A stretch of DNA of 31,030 bases. Origin: Pseudomonadota bacterium (GTDB lineage: Bacteria; Pseudomonadota; Gammaproteobacteria; Magnimaribacterales; D2472). Positions 21,457 through 31,030 of the stretch are shown here, one piece after another. The notes under the pieces are model-generated. The model was not told the origin of the DNA. It did no database searches and worked only from the letters and a program-made list of their open reading frames with translations. Every line of letters begins with the position of its first letter. Position 1 is the first letter of the stretch. The DNA lies in NCBI GenBank assembly GCA_010024215.1, contig RGHK01000001.1, positions 1 through 31,030 of the forward strand, in the 5' to 3' direction. The position numbers were made by a program, and so were the translations under genes.

Positions 21457-24400
21457 ATGCCAGCACTTTTTAATAGAGAAGAATTTCGAGATAACTGTGG
21501 TTTTGGTCTTGTTGCCAATATTAATGGTGTAAAGTCTCATAAAATAATTACTAGCTCTATCGATGCTTTAATAAGCATGACCCACAGAGGAGGGGTTAGC
21601 TCTGATGGTAAAACAGGTGATGGGTGTGGACTTTTATTTGATATAGATCATAAATTTTATGCAGATACTATATTAAATGAACAAAATATTAATCTAGGAG
21701 ATCATTTTGCTATTGGTCAAGTTTTCTTTAATGATGATTTAGAAAACATCTTACCTAAGATTAAAAAAATCCTTAAAAGAGAAAAATTGGAACTACAAAC
21801 TTACAGAGTTGTTCCTACAAACGAAAAGATTTTAGGCCCTATCGCGTTTAATTGTATGCCGAAAATCTATCAACTCTTTATCAAGCCTCTAAATAAAGAC
21901 TTCAACCAAGATATTTTTGAAACTGGTTTATTGCAAGCCAGGAAATTTATTGAAGAATTATATTCAAATGATGAGGTTTTATATGTCTGTAGTATGTCTT
22001 CTAAAACAATTGTTTATAAGGGGTTAATGCTTCCTGATGCAATAAAAGAATTTTATATCGACCTAAACAAAGAAAACTTTAGAGCATCGACCTGTGTTTT
22101 TCACCAAAGATTTTCAACCAATACAAGTCCTAGATGGCACCTTGCACAACCATTTAGATTATTAGCTCATAATGGTGAAATTAATGCTATCAGAGGTAAT
22201 AGAAATTGGGTAAAAGCAAGGTCATCTAAATTTACCACCCCCTATATTCCTAAAATTCAAAAATTTAAAGAGCTTGTTAATGAAAAAGGCTCTGATTCAT
22301 CGTCATTAGATAATATGATCGAGCTTTTAGTTAAGGGTGGAATAGATATATTTAGATCAATTAGGATGGTTTTACCACCTGCTTGGCAAAATATCCAAAC
22401 TCTTGATCCTGATGTAAGAGGTTTCCATGAATATAACTCTATGCACATGGAGCCATGGGACGGTCCTGCTGGGATAGTAATGGCAGATGGAAAATGGGCT
22501 TTATGTGTACTTGATAGAAATGGTTTGAGACCGGCAAGATTCCAGCTAGATAAAGACAACATAATAACAATTGCATCAGAAACAGGCGTTAATCCTGTTA
22601 AAGAGGATGATATTGTTGTTTTAAGCAAAATGCATAGACAGATATATGATTTTTTTAGACAACAATTCGCCCAAGTAACCAATCCACCTATAGACTCTCT
22701 CAGAGAAGCAGCAGTCATGACACTTGAAACATGTTATGGACCAGAATTAAATATTTATGAAGAAACACCCGAGCATGCTAAGAGATTGGTAACAACCTCA
22801 CCAGTATTATCATTCAGAAAACTAAATTCAATATTACATAATCCATACTTTAAATCTTCAGAGATAAATCTCTCTTTCAAAGAGAGTTCTGACCTTAAAT
22901 CAGCTATTAAAAAATTACAAAAGGATGTTGAAGTAAAAGTAAGATCTGGTTCTTCTATTATCCATCTTGTTGAAGATTTGCCTAAGCCAGGAAGCTTGCC
23001 AATTAATGCATTATTAGCTGTAGGATCTGTTCATCAACATCTTGTAAAGCTAGGTTTAAGATCTGATGCAAATATCATAATAACAACCTCATCAGCTAGA
23101 GATACACATCAAATAGCTTGCTTAATAGGTTTTGGAGCAACTGCAGTTTATCCAACATTGGCTTATCAAACTATTCTTGATTTAACGGATAGAAATGAAC
23201 TTAAGGGAGATGCTCATGAAAATTGTTCAAGATACAGGAAGGGTATTAACAAAGGATTACTAAAGATTATTTCTAAAATGGGCATATCAACTATTTCTAG
23301 TTATAGAGGTTCTCAGCTTTTCGAAATAGTTGGTCTAAATAAAGATGTTGTAGATTTATGTTTTACAAACACTGAAAGCAGAATAAAAGGTAAAACATTA
23401 AATGATATTGAGAAAGAACTTCGCTCTTTGAATGATTATGCTAGATCTAATTTAACTGATATGAACGTTGGTGGATTATTAAAGTATATTCATGGTGGAG
23501 AATATCATACTTATAATCCAGAAATCGTTAAAAAGCTTCAAGAGGCTGTTGCATCTGGCTCATACGAGACCTATTTAGAATATGCAAAGCTTGTTGATAA
23601 GAGACCACCTGCAATGCTTAGAGATCTTCTAGATATTAATACTGACAAAAATTCGATAGAGATAAAAAAAGTTGAATCACAAAAGCAAATTTTGAATAGA
23701 TTTGATTCTGCTGGAATGAGTTTGGGAGCATTATCTCCAAAAGCACATGAAACTTTAGCTGAAGCCATGAACTCATTGGGAGGGCGTTCAAATTCTGGAG
23801 AAGGTGGAGAAGCTGTTGAAAGATATGGAACACTTAAGATGTCTAAGATAAAACAGATAGCATCTGGTAGATTTGGAGTTACCCCCCATTATTTGGTTAA
23901 TGCAGAAGTTTTACAAATCAAAATAGCTCAAGGAGCAAAACCTGGAGAGGGTGGTCAGCTTCCTGGAGGCAAGGTCAATAAATTAATTGCAAAACTAAGA
24001 TATTCAACACCAGGAGTTACCTTAATTTCCCCTCCACCTCATCATGATATTTATTCAATCGAAGATTTAGCGCAACTAATTTATGATTTAAAAGAGGTTA
24101 ATCCAAAAGCTCTTGTATCTGTAAAGCTTGTATCTGAACCTGGTGTGGGAACTATTGCATCTGGTGTTGCTAAGGCATATGCCGATTTAATTACAATATC
24201 TGGACATGATGGTGGAACAGGGGCAAGTCCACTAACTTCCATAAGATATGCTGGATCACCATGGGAGCTTGGTTTAGCTGAAGCTCATCAAAGTTTAAGA
24301 GACAGTGGATTAAGGCATAAAGTTAGACTTCAAGCAGACGGTGGCATGAAAACTGGACTTGATGTAATAAAAGCAGCAATTCTTGGTGCTGAGTCATTTG

Positions 24401-25572
24401 GTTTTGGAACGGGGCCTATGATAGCAATGGGGTGTAAATATCTCAGAATATGTCACTTAAATAATTGTGCAACTGGAGTTGCGACTCAAAGAGATGATTT
24501 AATAAACCACCATTTTATTGGTGAAAAAGAAAGAGTAATGAATTACTTTAAGTTTATTGCTGATGATGTTAGATATCATTTAAGCGAAATGGGTATTTCT
24601 AAATTAGAAGATATTATTGGACAAACACAATATCTTAAAACAATTCAAGAACTTGATCAGCATTACAAGTCTGTTGATCTTTCAGACCTCTTATACAAGG
24701 ATGACACAATAAATGAATCGTTTTATTGCACATCAAGGAAAAATCAACCTTGGGATAAAGGATTGCTAGCAAGGAAAGTTTTAAGAAAAGCAAAACCTTT
24801 TATAGATAATAATGAATCTGGATTAATAGAATCAAAAATATCAAATACTGATAGGTCGTTTGGAGCTTTAATATCAGGTTATATAGCAGAAAACTATGGA
24901 GAAGCTGGGCTTAAAAAACCATTAACAATCAATCTATCTGGCTCAGCAGGCCAGAGTTTTGGATGTTGGAATGCAAACGGATTAGTACTAAATATCGAAG
25001 GTGATGCTAATGATTATGTTGGCAAGGGTATGAATGGAGGAAGAATAGTTGTTAAAAATCATAATAAATATGCTTCTTCTGAGATGAACCCGTCTTTGGT
25101 AGGAAATACGTGTTTATATGGCGCAACTGGTGGAGAGCTTTATGTTTCAGGTAGGGCTGGAGAAAGATTTGCTGTAAGAAACTCAGGTGCAAAAGCAGTT
25201 ATAGAAGGTGCGGGTGATCATTGTTGTGAGTATATGACTGGAGGACATGTTACTGTTTTAGGTTCTGTTGGTGCAAATTTTGGTGCAGGTATGACAGGTG
25301 GATTCGCATATGTTTTAGATGAAGATAGAACTTTTTTTGATAATTGCAATCGTGGACTAGTTAACCTTGAAAGAATTACAACAGAGGATATGCAGTCACA
25401 CAGAAAACATCTTAAAGAAATAATTTCTAAGCACTATAAATATACAAAAAGCCAAAAGGCAAAAGAACTGGTTGATGATTTTGATAGATTTGAGCCTTAT
25501 TTTTGGTTAGTGCTTCCAGCGGCATCAAATATTCATGATTTGCTTAAAGCAACAACTGCCAATGCTGCCTAA
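21457..25572 (+). CDS. gltB: Glutamate synthase large (alpha) subunit, with an apparent internal in-frame deletion
   Basis: Propeptide then CGFG (catalytic Cys at residue 14), HQRFSTNT, HNGEIN, EPWDGPA, FAQVTNPPID, MSLGALS, QGAKPGEGGQLPG, 3Fe-4S motif GCKYLRICHLNNC, C-terminal GXGXG repeats. At 1371 aa it is about 110 aa shorter than typical. Confidence 0.96.
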   Translation: MPALFNREEFRDNCGFGLVANINGVKSHKIITSSIDALISMTHRGGVSSDGKTGDGCGLLFDIDHKFYADTILNEQNINLGDHFAIGQVFFNDDLENILPKIKKILKREKLELQTYRVVPTNEKILGPIAFNCMPKIYQLFIKPLNKDFNQDIFETGLLQARKFIEELYSNDEVLYVCSMSSKTIVYKGLMLPDAIKEFYIDLNKENFRASTCVFHQRFSTNTSPRWHLAQPFRLLAHNGEINAIRGNRNWVKARSSKFTTPYIPKIQKFKELVNEKGSDSSSLDNMIELLVKGGIDIFRSIRMVLPPAWQNIQTLDPDVRGFHEYNSMHMEPWDGPAGIVMADGKWALCVLDRNGLRPARFQLDKDNIITIASETGVNPVKEDDIVVLSKMHRQIYDFFRQQFAQVTNPPIDSLREAAVMTLETCYGPELNIYEETPEHAKRLVTTSPVLSFRKLNSILHNPYFKSSEINLSFKESSDLKSAIKKLQKDVEVKVRSGSSIIHLVEDLPKPGSLPINALLAVGSVHQHLVKLGLRSDANIIITTSSARDTHQIACLIGFGATAVYPTLAYQTILDLTDRNELKGDAHENCSRYRKGINKGLLKIISKMGISTISSYRGSQLFEIVGLNKDVVDLCFTNTESRIKGKTLNDIEKELRSLNDYARSNLTDMNVGGLLKYIHGGEYHTYNPEIVKKLQEAVASGSYETYLEYAKLVDKRPPAMLRDLLDINTDKNSIEIKKVESQKQILNRFDSAGMSLGALSPKAHETLAEAMNSLGGRSNSGEGGEAVERYGTLKMSKIKQIASGRFGVTPHYLVNAEVLQIKIAQGAKPGEGGQLPGGKVNKLIAKLRYSTPGVTLISPPPHHDIYSIEDLAQLIYDLKEVNPKALVSVKLVSEPGVGTIASGVAKAYADLITISGHDGGTGASPLTSIRYAGSPWELGLAEAHQSLRDSGLRHKVRLQADGGMKTGLDVIKAAILGAESFGFGTGPMIAMGCKYLRICHLNNCATGVATQRDDLINHHFIGEKERVMNYFKFIADDVRYHLSEMGISKLEDIIGQTQYLKTIQELDQHYKSVDLSDLLYKDDTINESFYCTSRKNQPWDKGLLARKVLRKAKPFIDNNESGLIESKISNTDRSFGALISGYIAENYGEAGLKKPLTINLSGSAGQSFGCWNANGLVLNIEGDANDYVGKGMNGGRIVVKNHNKYASSEMNPSLVGNTCLYGATGGELYVSGRAGERFAVRNSGAKAVIEGAGDHCCEYMTGGHVTVLGSVGANFGAGMTGGFAYVLDEDRTFFDNCNRGLVNLERITTEDMQSHRKHLKEIISKHYKYTKSQKAKELVDDFDRFEPYFWLVLPAASNIHDLLKATTANAA

Positions 25573-26639
25573 TCAAAAGCTTTTTTTAAGTTTCTAGAAT
25601 TATACTTATTGGTTATAAATGCTGATCCACTCTGATTAATTAAAATTAAATTTAATTTACCCTCAGAGACTTTTTTATCGTTAAGGATATATTTTTTTAG
25701 ATCATTAAATTTATATTTTGAATAATTTGTATTAAGACCTAATGATTCAATAAGGTTAATCATATTATCTAATTGATGAGATCGAATATGACCTTCATAA
25801 AAGGATATTTTCCCAGCTATTATCATACCAAGAGTCACTGCAGCTCCATGTGTAATTCCTTTATATCTTTCAAAGGCTTCAATAGCATGTCCAAAAGTGT
25901 GCCCAAAATTAAGAATAGCTCTTATTCCTTTTTCTTTTTCATCACTTGTTACAATTTTTGCTTTTGATTTAATTGATTCTTCAATAATGTGCTCAAGCGC
26001 ATTCAACCTTTTCTTCTTAATAGCATCTGAATTTAGTTGCATATAATTATTAAGTTTCTTGTTACCAATAAGAGCGTATTTTACAACCTCACCCATACCA
26101 GATTTGTATTCATGATCGGGCAGGCTTTCAAGATATTTTGTACTTATCAATACTTGGATAGGATTATAAAAAGAACCAACTAAATTCTTGCCTTGTTTGA
26201 TATTTATGGCTGTCTTACCACCTACAGATGAATCAACTTGAGCTAAAAGAGTAGTTGGTATCTGAATGAAATCAATACCTCTTAAATATGTTGCAGCACA
26301 AAATCCAGTAATATCGCCAATCATTCCACCTCCAAAAGCAATCATGGCATCAGATCTATCAAATTTTAGATCAGCTAATTTCTCTAAAATTTTTGAATAT
26401 GTAGAAAAAGATTTGGATTTTTCACCTTTTTCAATTGTGTATATATAGACTTTCTTGGAGCCTTTAAGGATATCTTTAAGATCTTTTATATATCTTTTAG
26501 GTATACCAGAATCTGTGACAACTAAAATTTTATTTTTATTTTTTAAAGAGGGTATAAGGTTCTTTTTTGTTAACGCATTTTTTGCAATTATGACGTTATA
26601 TTTAGAATGACCTTTACCAACAGAAATAATCTTAGCCAT
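25569..26639 (-). CDS. aroB: 3-dehydroquinate synthase
   Basis: GEKSKS, FGGGMIGDITGF, RGIDFIQIPTTLLAQVDSSVGGKT, GMGEVVKY, LNFGHTFGHAIE, HGAAV, DKK. Confidence 0.98.
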   Translation of the reverse strand: MAKIISVGKGHSKYNVIIAKNALTKKNLIPSLKNKNKILVVTDSGIPKRYIKDLKDILKGSKKVYIYTIEKGEKSKSFSTYSKILEKLADLKFDRSDAMIAFGGGMIGDITGFCAATYLRGIDFIQIPTTLLAQVDSSVGGKTAINIKQGKNLVGSFYNPIQVLISTKYLESLPDHEYKSGMGEVVKYALIGNKKLNNYMQLNSDAIKKKRLNALEHIIEESIKSKAKIVTSDEKEKGIRAILNFGHTFGHAIEAFERYKGITHGAAVTLGMIIAGKISFYEGHIRSHQLDNMINLIESLGLNTNYSKYKFNDLKKYILNDKKVSEGKLNLILINQSGSAFITNKYNSRNLKKAFD

Positions 26640-27141
26640 AGTTTTTAACTAATTTAATAATTTCAGTAGATACTTCTTGGCTAGTTTTTCCTTCCGTATT
26701 AACAATATAGTCTGAAACTTCTTCATATAAGCTTTCTCTTTCAATATGAAGTTCTTTTAAAATTTGACCAGGATCACCATTTTTTAAAAGTGGCCTATCC
26801 TTGTCTTTTGAAGTTCTTTCAAGTTGGACTTCTATAGGTGTCGCTAAATAGAAAACTGTTCCTCTAGAAGATAAGAGTTCTCTATTAGATTCAGATAAAA
26901 TTATTCCTCCGCCGGTAGATAATACAACCGAATTCTGTTGAACCATTTCTTCAAGAATCTTACTTTCTCTTTTTCTAAAGCCTTCTTCTCCCTCAAGATC
27001 AAAAATCCAGTCGATGGATGCTCCAGTTCTAGTTTCAATTTCTTCATCAGTATCAAAGAAATTAAGAAATAATTCATTAGAGATTATCTTCCCAACAGTT
27101 GATTTTCCTGATCCCATTGGACCTACTATAAAAATATTCAT
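26632..27141 (-). CDS. aroK: Shikimate kinase
   Basis: NIFIVGPMGSGKSTVG, WIFDLEGEEGFRKRE, STGGG, RPLL. Start reassigned to ATG 27141. Confidence 0.97.
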   Translation of the reverse strand: MNIFIVGPMGSGKSTVGKIISNELFLNFFDTDEEIETRTGASIDWIFDLEGEEGFRKRESKILEEMVQQNSVVLSTGGGIILSESNRELLSSRGTVFYLATPIEVQLERTSKDKDRPLLKNGDPGQILKELHIERESLYEEVSDYIVNTEGKTSQEVSTEIIKLVKNYG

Positions 27142-27225
27142 AATTGATTTATCTTTCGATTGGAAGGATTTTAACACCTAACTGAATAAAATAGTTTTTT
27201 TGGCATAAAAAGCTACACTTTAAAG

Positions 27226-27234
27226 TGATAAAAT
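27226..27234 (+). promoter_or_regulatory. Extended -10 promoter (TGnTAAAAT) for mrcA
   Basis: TGATAAAAT ending 12 nt before ATG 27247. No SD. Confidence 0.5.
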
Positions 27235-27246
27235 TGTGAAATATTT

Positions 27247-29688
27247 ATGTTAAAGGCGATAAAAGTTCTATTTTGGTTCAGCATAACAGCTTGTGTGTTA
27301 GCTATTTTTTTAATTATTGGGTCGTATCTTACATTAAGACCAACTTTGCCAGAAATATCTCTTGTTGATGAGTCTCAATTACAGATGCCATTAAAGATAT
27401 ATACAGAAGATGGAGTTTTAATTGGTGAGTTTGGTGAAATTAAAAGGCGTCCTTTAGATTTTGAAGAAATACCAACTAATATGAAAAATGCATTTTTGGC
27501 AGCTGAAGATGATCAATTTTTTAAACATCAAGGAATTAGTTATTCTGGTTTAACAAGATCAGTCATTAGATGTTTGGGGCCAAGAGGTTGTTTTGGTGGC
27601 GGAGGTACCATCTCTATGCAGGTAGTTAGGGGATATCTTCTTACAAGAGAACAAACTGTTGTTAGGAAAATAAAAGAAATATTTTTAGCTCTTGAGTTAG
27701 AGGGAAAGGTAAGCAAAGAAGAAATTTTTGAACTATATGTTAATAGGAATTTTTTTGGCAACAGATCATATGGCATTGAAGCTGCTGCTAACACTTATTT
27801 TAATAATACTATCTCAGATCTGAATTTAGCTGAAATGGCAACAATCGCAGCAATGGCTCAATCTCCATCAGTTGTTAATGCAATAAAAGCTCCTGAAAGA
27901 ACAAAGCAAAGAAGAAATTGGATTTTATCAAGGATGCTTTTGTTAAGAATGATTACAAAAGAAGATTATATGCTAGCAATTGAAGAACCACTTGCAGTTT
28001 CAAGAGATATTGACTTGTATGAGATTGATGGAAGACATCTTGCTGAAAGAGCAAGACAGGACATTATTCAGAGGTATGGTCTAGCTGCCTATAAAAATGG
28101 TTGGTCAGTATACACGACACTAAACTCAAAATTTCAACAAAGCGCAAGAAAGAATGTGCTTAATCAGCTTGCAGAGTATGACAAAAGGCATGGTTGGAAA
28201 AAGGCAGACAACTATATAGGTTTGTTTAATGAGGAGCAAATATCTTATCTTGAAGATTTAAATATTGATTTTATTTCAGATGAAACAACCTATTTCTCAT
28301 ATTATGAAGACGATGCAAGTCTCCCCAGTAGAATAAGTAAAGTATTTGAAAGTTATCCCTATTTAAATACTCACATAAAGGCTCTTGTGATAAGTATTGA
28401 TAATGAGAAGTTATATTTTATAAATGAAAACCTAAAGATAGATAATTTAAGTTGGTCATCTGAATATGAATGGGCAAGAGAGAGGATATCAATAAATGAG
28501 AGGGGGCCGAGGCCAAAATCTTTTAAAGATTTTATCAGTGTTGGTGATTTTATTTATTTAAGAAAAGAAGAAGAATATTATTCATTGGATCAGATACCAG
28601 AGGCTGAGTCTTCGCTTATCTCAATTGACCCCAAAAGTGGGGCAGTAAAAGCTTATGTGGGTGGCTCAAATTTTAATAAAAGTAATTTTGATAGGGTGAG
28701 TCTCTCATATCCTCAATCTGGATCAAGCTTTAAACCTTTCATATACGCTTCTGCATTGGCTAATGAATATAATTTATCTTCTCTAATAAATGATGCTCCA
28801 ATTGTGTTTGAGGATAAAAACTTAGAGAGTGTTTGGCGTCCAGAAAACTATACTGGTAAATTTTATGGGCCAACTTCTCTGCGTGACGCATTAATAAGAT
28901 CACTAAATATAGTTTCCATAAAATTGCTAAGAGAAATTGGTATTTCTAATGCTAAAAATTATATTAAAAACTTTGGTTTTGAAGAATCAAGATTGCCCTC
29001 AGATTTATCTTTAGCGCTTGGATCAGGCAACTTCTCTCCAATAGAAATGGTAAGGGGCTTTAGTGTCATTGCCAATGGAGGCTACTTAACCGATCCATAT
29101 TATATTGAGAAGATAGTTGATAGAGATGGAAATATTATTTATTCACATAATGATTATTTAGATCAAAAATATCAAAAAGATATTACTGCATTTCCATGGC
29201 TTGATACCTTAGAGATGAATATCAAAAAACCTTATTTTTTAATTGAGCCTCAATTAATTGGCGAAAGAGTTATTGATGAAAGAATTGCTTATTTAGTAAA
29301 AGATGCTCTTCAAGAATTTATGACAAGAGGAACGGCTGGAAGAAAATCATCATTTTTAAATAGAAAAGATATTGGAGGTAAAACAGGAACAACAAATGAT
29401 GCAATAAGCACATGGTTTTCAGGCTTTCATGATGATTTAGCGACAACTGTTTGGGTTGGTACAGATGATTTTACTTCGCTCGGAGATGATGAGTATGGTT
29501 CTACCATAGCTCTACCAATATGGTTAGATTTTATGAGTGATGTTCTTGTAGACCTAGATATTAAAGAAAGTAAGATCCCAGAGGGATTATCTTTTGCAAG
29601 AGTTAATAAAAAGACAGGAAAAATAGATGACTCAGTAAATGCTGATATCTATTTTGAATTGTTTCTCAATGAAAATATAAAAGATTAA
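27247..29688 (+). CDS. mrcA: Penicillin-binding protein 1A (class A PBP)
   Basis: N-terminal TM anchor, transglycosylase motifs AAEDDQFFKHQG, GTISMQV, RKIKE, KEEIFELYVN, YGIEAAA, and transpeptidase motifs SSFK, SLN, KTGT. Confidence 0.97.
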   Translation: MLKAIKVLFWFSITACVLAIFLIIGSYLTLRPTLPEISLVDESQLQMPLKIYTEDGVLIGEFGEIKRRPLDFEEIPTNMKNAFLAAEDDQFFKHQGISYSGLTRSVIRCLGPRGCFGGGGTISMQVVRGYLLTREQTVVRKIKEIFLALELEGKVSKEEIFELYVNRNFFGNRSYGIEAAANTYFNNTISDLNLAEMATIAAMAQSPSVVNAIKAPERTKQRRNWILSRMLLLRMITKEDYMLAIEEPLAVSRDIDLYEIDGRHLAERARQDIIQRYGLAAYKNGWSVYTTLNSKFQQSARKNVLNQLAEYDKRHGWKKADNYIGLFNEEQISYLEDLNIDFISDETTYFSYYEDDASLPSRISKVFESYPYLNTHIKALVISIDNEKLYFINENLKIDNLSWSSEYEWARERISINERGPRPKSFKDFISVGDFIYLRKEEEYYSLDQIPEAESSLISIDPKSGAVKAYVGGSNFNKSNFDRVSLSYPQSGSSFKPFIYASALANEYNLSSLINDAPIVFEDKNLESVWRPENYTGKFYGPTSLRDALIRSLNIVSIKLLREIGISNAKNYIKNFGFEESRLPSDLSLALGSGNFSPIEMVRGFSVIANGGYLTDPYYIEKIVDRDGNIIYSHNDYLDQKYQKDITAFPWLDTLEMNIKKPYFLIEPQLIGERVIDERIAYLVKDALQEFMTRGTAGRKSSFLNRKDIGGKTGTTNDAISTWFSGFHDDLATTVWVGTDDFTSLGDDEYGSTIALPIWLDFMSDVLVDLDIKESKIPEGLSFARVNKKTGKIDDSVNADIYFELFLNENIKD

Positions 29689-30254
29689 TTTTTAAATATA
29701 TTTACTGAAAGAAGCTCCCATACATTTTCAATATAATTGCTTGGAGAATCCTTAAATTTAGATCTTATGTACCTACCAACATTTCCTTCAAGACAAGTAA
29801 CAATTAGCTGAGCAGATATTCCTGGTTGAGCAATTAAATTATCAGATTCTTCTGCAAGCATTTGCTTTATAGATAACTCAAGCCTTTCAAAGAATTGATT
29901 TACAGCATCAGATACGTTTTGTTCGCTAGCAGAAAGTGCTTCTCTTGATATCAATCTGGCAAATCCTTTATTTTTTTCAATAAAGATCATAAAAAACAAA
30001 AAGGTGTTTTTAACTTTTTCTTTTGCACTTAAATCAGCTTTTTTTAACTCTGCACATTTACTAAAAATAGCACCATCACAAAAAGAGAAAAGCTCAGCAT
30101 AAATTGCTCTCTTGCTTGGAAAATGCCTATATAGAGCAGCTTCAGTAATATTTGATTTTTCAGCTAAAAGAGCTGTTGTAACTTTAGATAAGTTTCTTTC
30201 CTCAAGAAGACTTGCCAATGATTCCAAAATTATATTTTTTCTATCATTTTTCAT
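29685..30254 (-). CDS. slmA: Nucleoid occlusion factor SlmA (TetR family)
   Basis: RKNIILESLASLLE, VTTALLA, EAALYRHFPSK, FFERLE match SlmA. Confidence 0.9.
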   Translation of the reverse strand: MKNDRKNIILESLASLLEERNLSKVTTALLAEKSNITEAALYRHFPSKRAIYAELFSFCDGAIFSKCAELKKADLSAKEKVKNTFLFFMIFIEKNKGFARLISREALSASEQNVSDAVNQFFERLELSIKQMLAEESDNLIAQPGISAQLIVTCLEGNVGRYIRSKFKDSPSNYIENVWELLSVNIFKN

Positions 30255-31030
30255 TAATCTAAATTTATATCAATCTCAGGACAAATGCGAGATAGTTCTG
30301 ACATAAATTTCTCTTGAATATTGTTCATATTATCAATCGAATCGCCCTCAAATCTTAAGACAAGCTTTGGTGTTGTATTTGATGCTCTTAATAATCCCCA
30401 GCCATTTTTATAATTAACCCTAAGACCATCAATGGTTATTTTTTCACCATCAAGCTCACATTCAGATATAAATTTCTCGATAATTTCAAATTTATTTTCG
30501 TCTGTAACAGAAATATTTAACTCTGGAGTTGAAAAAGAATCAGGATATTTATTAAAAATATCTGAGATGCTTCTATCTGATTTTGCCAATATTTCAGCAG
30601 CTCTTACAGCTGCATACGGTCCATCATCAAAACCATACCACTTATCATTAAAAAAAATATGGCCACTCATCTCTCCACCCAATAACGCATTATTTTTTTT
30701 GATAGCTTTTTTAATGTGAAAATGACCAGTTGGTGACATGATTGGGGTTCCACCGTTTTCCACTATTAAATTCTCCAGATGATTTGAGCACTTAACATCA
30801 AAAACAATACCACCTTTTTTAGTATTTAATATATCTTCTGAAAACAACATCATTTGCTTATCAGGAAAAATCATTTCTCCCTTATTCGTAATCAAACCAA
30901 CTCTGTCGCCATCACCATCAAAAGCAAATCCAATATCTGCACTATTTTCCTTTACTGCTAATATGATATCTTTCAAGTTTTCAAGTTTACCTGGATCAGG
31001 ATGGTGGTTAGGGAAATTTCCATCAACTTC
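30254..31030 (-). CDS. algC: Phosphomannomutase/phosphoglucomutase (AlgC-like), 5' truncated by window edge
   Basis: The frame stays open to 31030 (EVDGNFPNHHPDP) and contains metal loop FDGDGDRVG, GGEMSGH, DGLRV, WGLLRASNT. Confidence 0.93.
   Translation of the reverse strand, partial: EVDGNFPNHHPDPGKLENLKDIILAVKENSADIGFAFDGDGDRVGLITNKGEMIFPDKQMMLFSEDILNTKKGGIVFDVKCSNHLENLIVENGGTPIMSPTGHFHIKKAIKKNNALLGGEMSGHIFFNDKWYGFDDGPYAAVRAAEILAKSDRSISDIFNKYPDSFSTPELNISVTDENKFEIIEKFISECELDGEKITIDGLRVNYKNGWGLLRASNTTPKLVLRFEGDSIDNMNNIQEKFMSELSRICPEIDINLD

Noticed and set aside
22257-22718. 153 aa antisense ORF within gltB, and the other short track ORFs nested in or antisense to long genes (for example 218-415, 388-585, 769-975, 4062-4355, 4813-5019, 11993-12283, 19339-19620, 27540-27794, 30432-30719)
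   Set aside because: These are shadow frames of well-conserved genes, with no recognisable motifs or translation signals.
27142-27177. ORF-track N-terminal extension of aroK
   Set aside because: Homology begins at MNIFIVG (ATG 27141), and the longer start is a non-ATG codon with no support.
30254-30976. PMM/PGM as a short 240 aa protein or pseudogene
   Set aside because: The frame is open to the window edge with conserved sequence, so the truncation is a window artefact.

Overview
Very compact, AT-rich bacterial chromosome segment. By my count of the gaps only about 790 of 31,030 bp are intergenic. Gene content and style suggest a streamlined marine gammaproteobacterium, probably SAR86-like (inference). 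Left to right: a TonB-dependent receptor, a stand-alone tRNA-Ala(UGC), divergent oxyR/katG and cysE. An 11.4 kb minus-strand run follows: cobS, cobT, a ferritin-like diiron protein, a parallel beta-helix protein, a diheme cytochrome c, a BI-1/YccA protein, a small membrane protein, a DUF305-LVIVD fusion, a type II pantothenate kinase and an alkylglycerol monooxygenase-like protein. Then come tesB, hemE, gltD, gltB, aroB, aroK, mrcA, slmA and a partial PMM/PGM. No intact mobile element or CRISPR array was seen. The most unusual region is the glutamate synthase locus. GltD carries an ~84 aa N-terminal extension that looks like an integrase arm-type DNA-binding domain. gltB is inverted relative to the conserved aroK-aroB-gltB-gltD-hemE order. 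The new divergent spacer holds a GTATGAC direct repeat with 10 bp periodicity. GltB also has an in-frame loss of roughly 105-110 aa. The second candidate system is a coupled diiron protein / beta-helix / diheme cytochrome c operon behind a perfect 23 bp palindrome.
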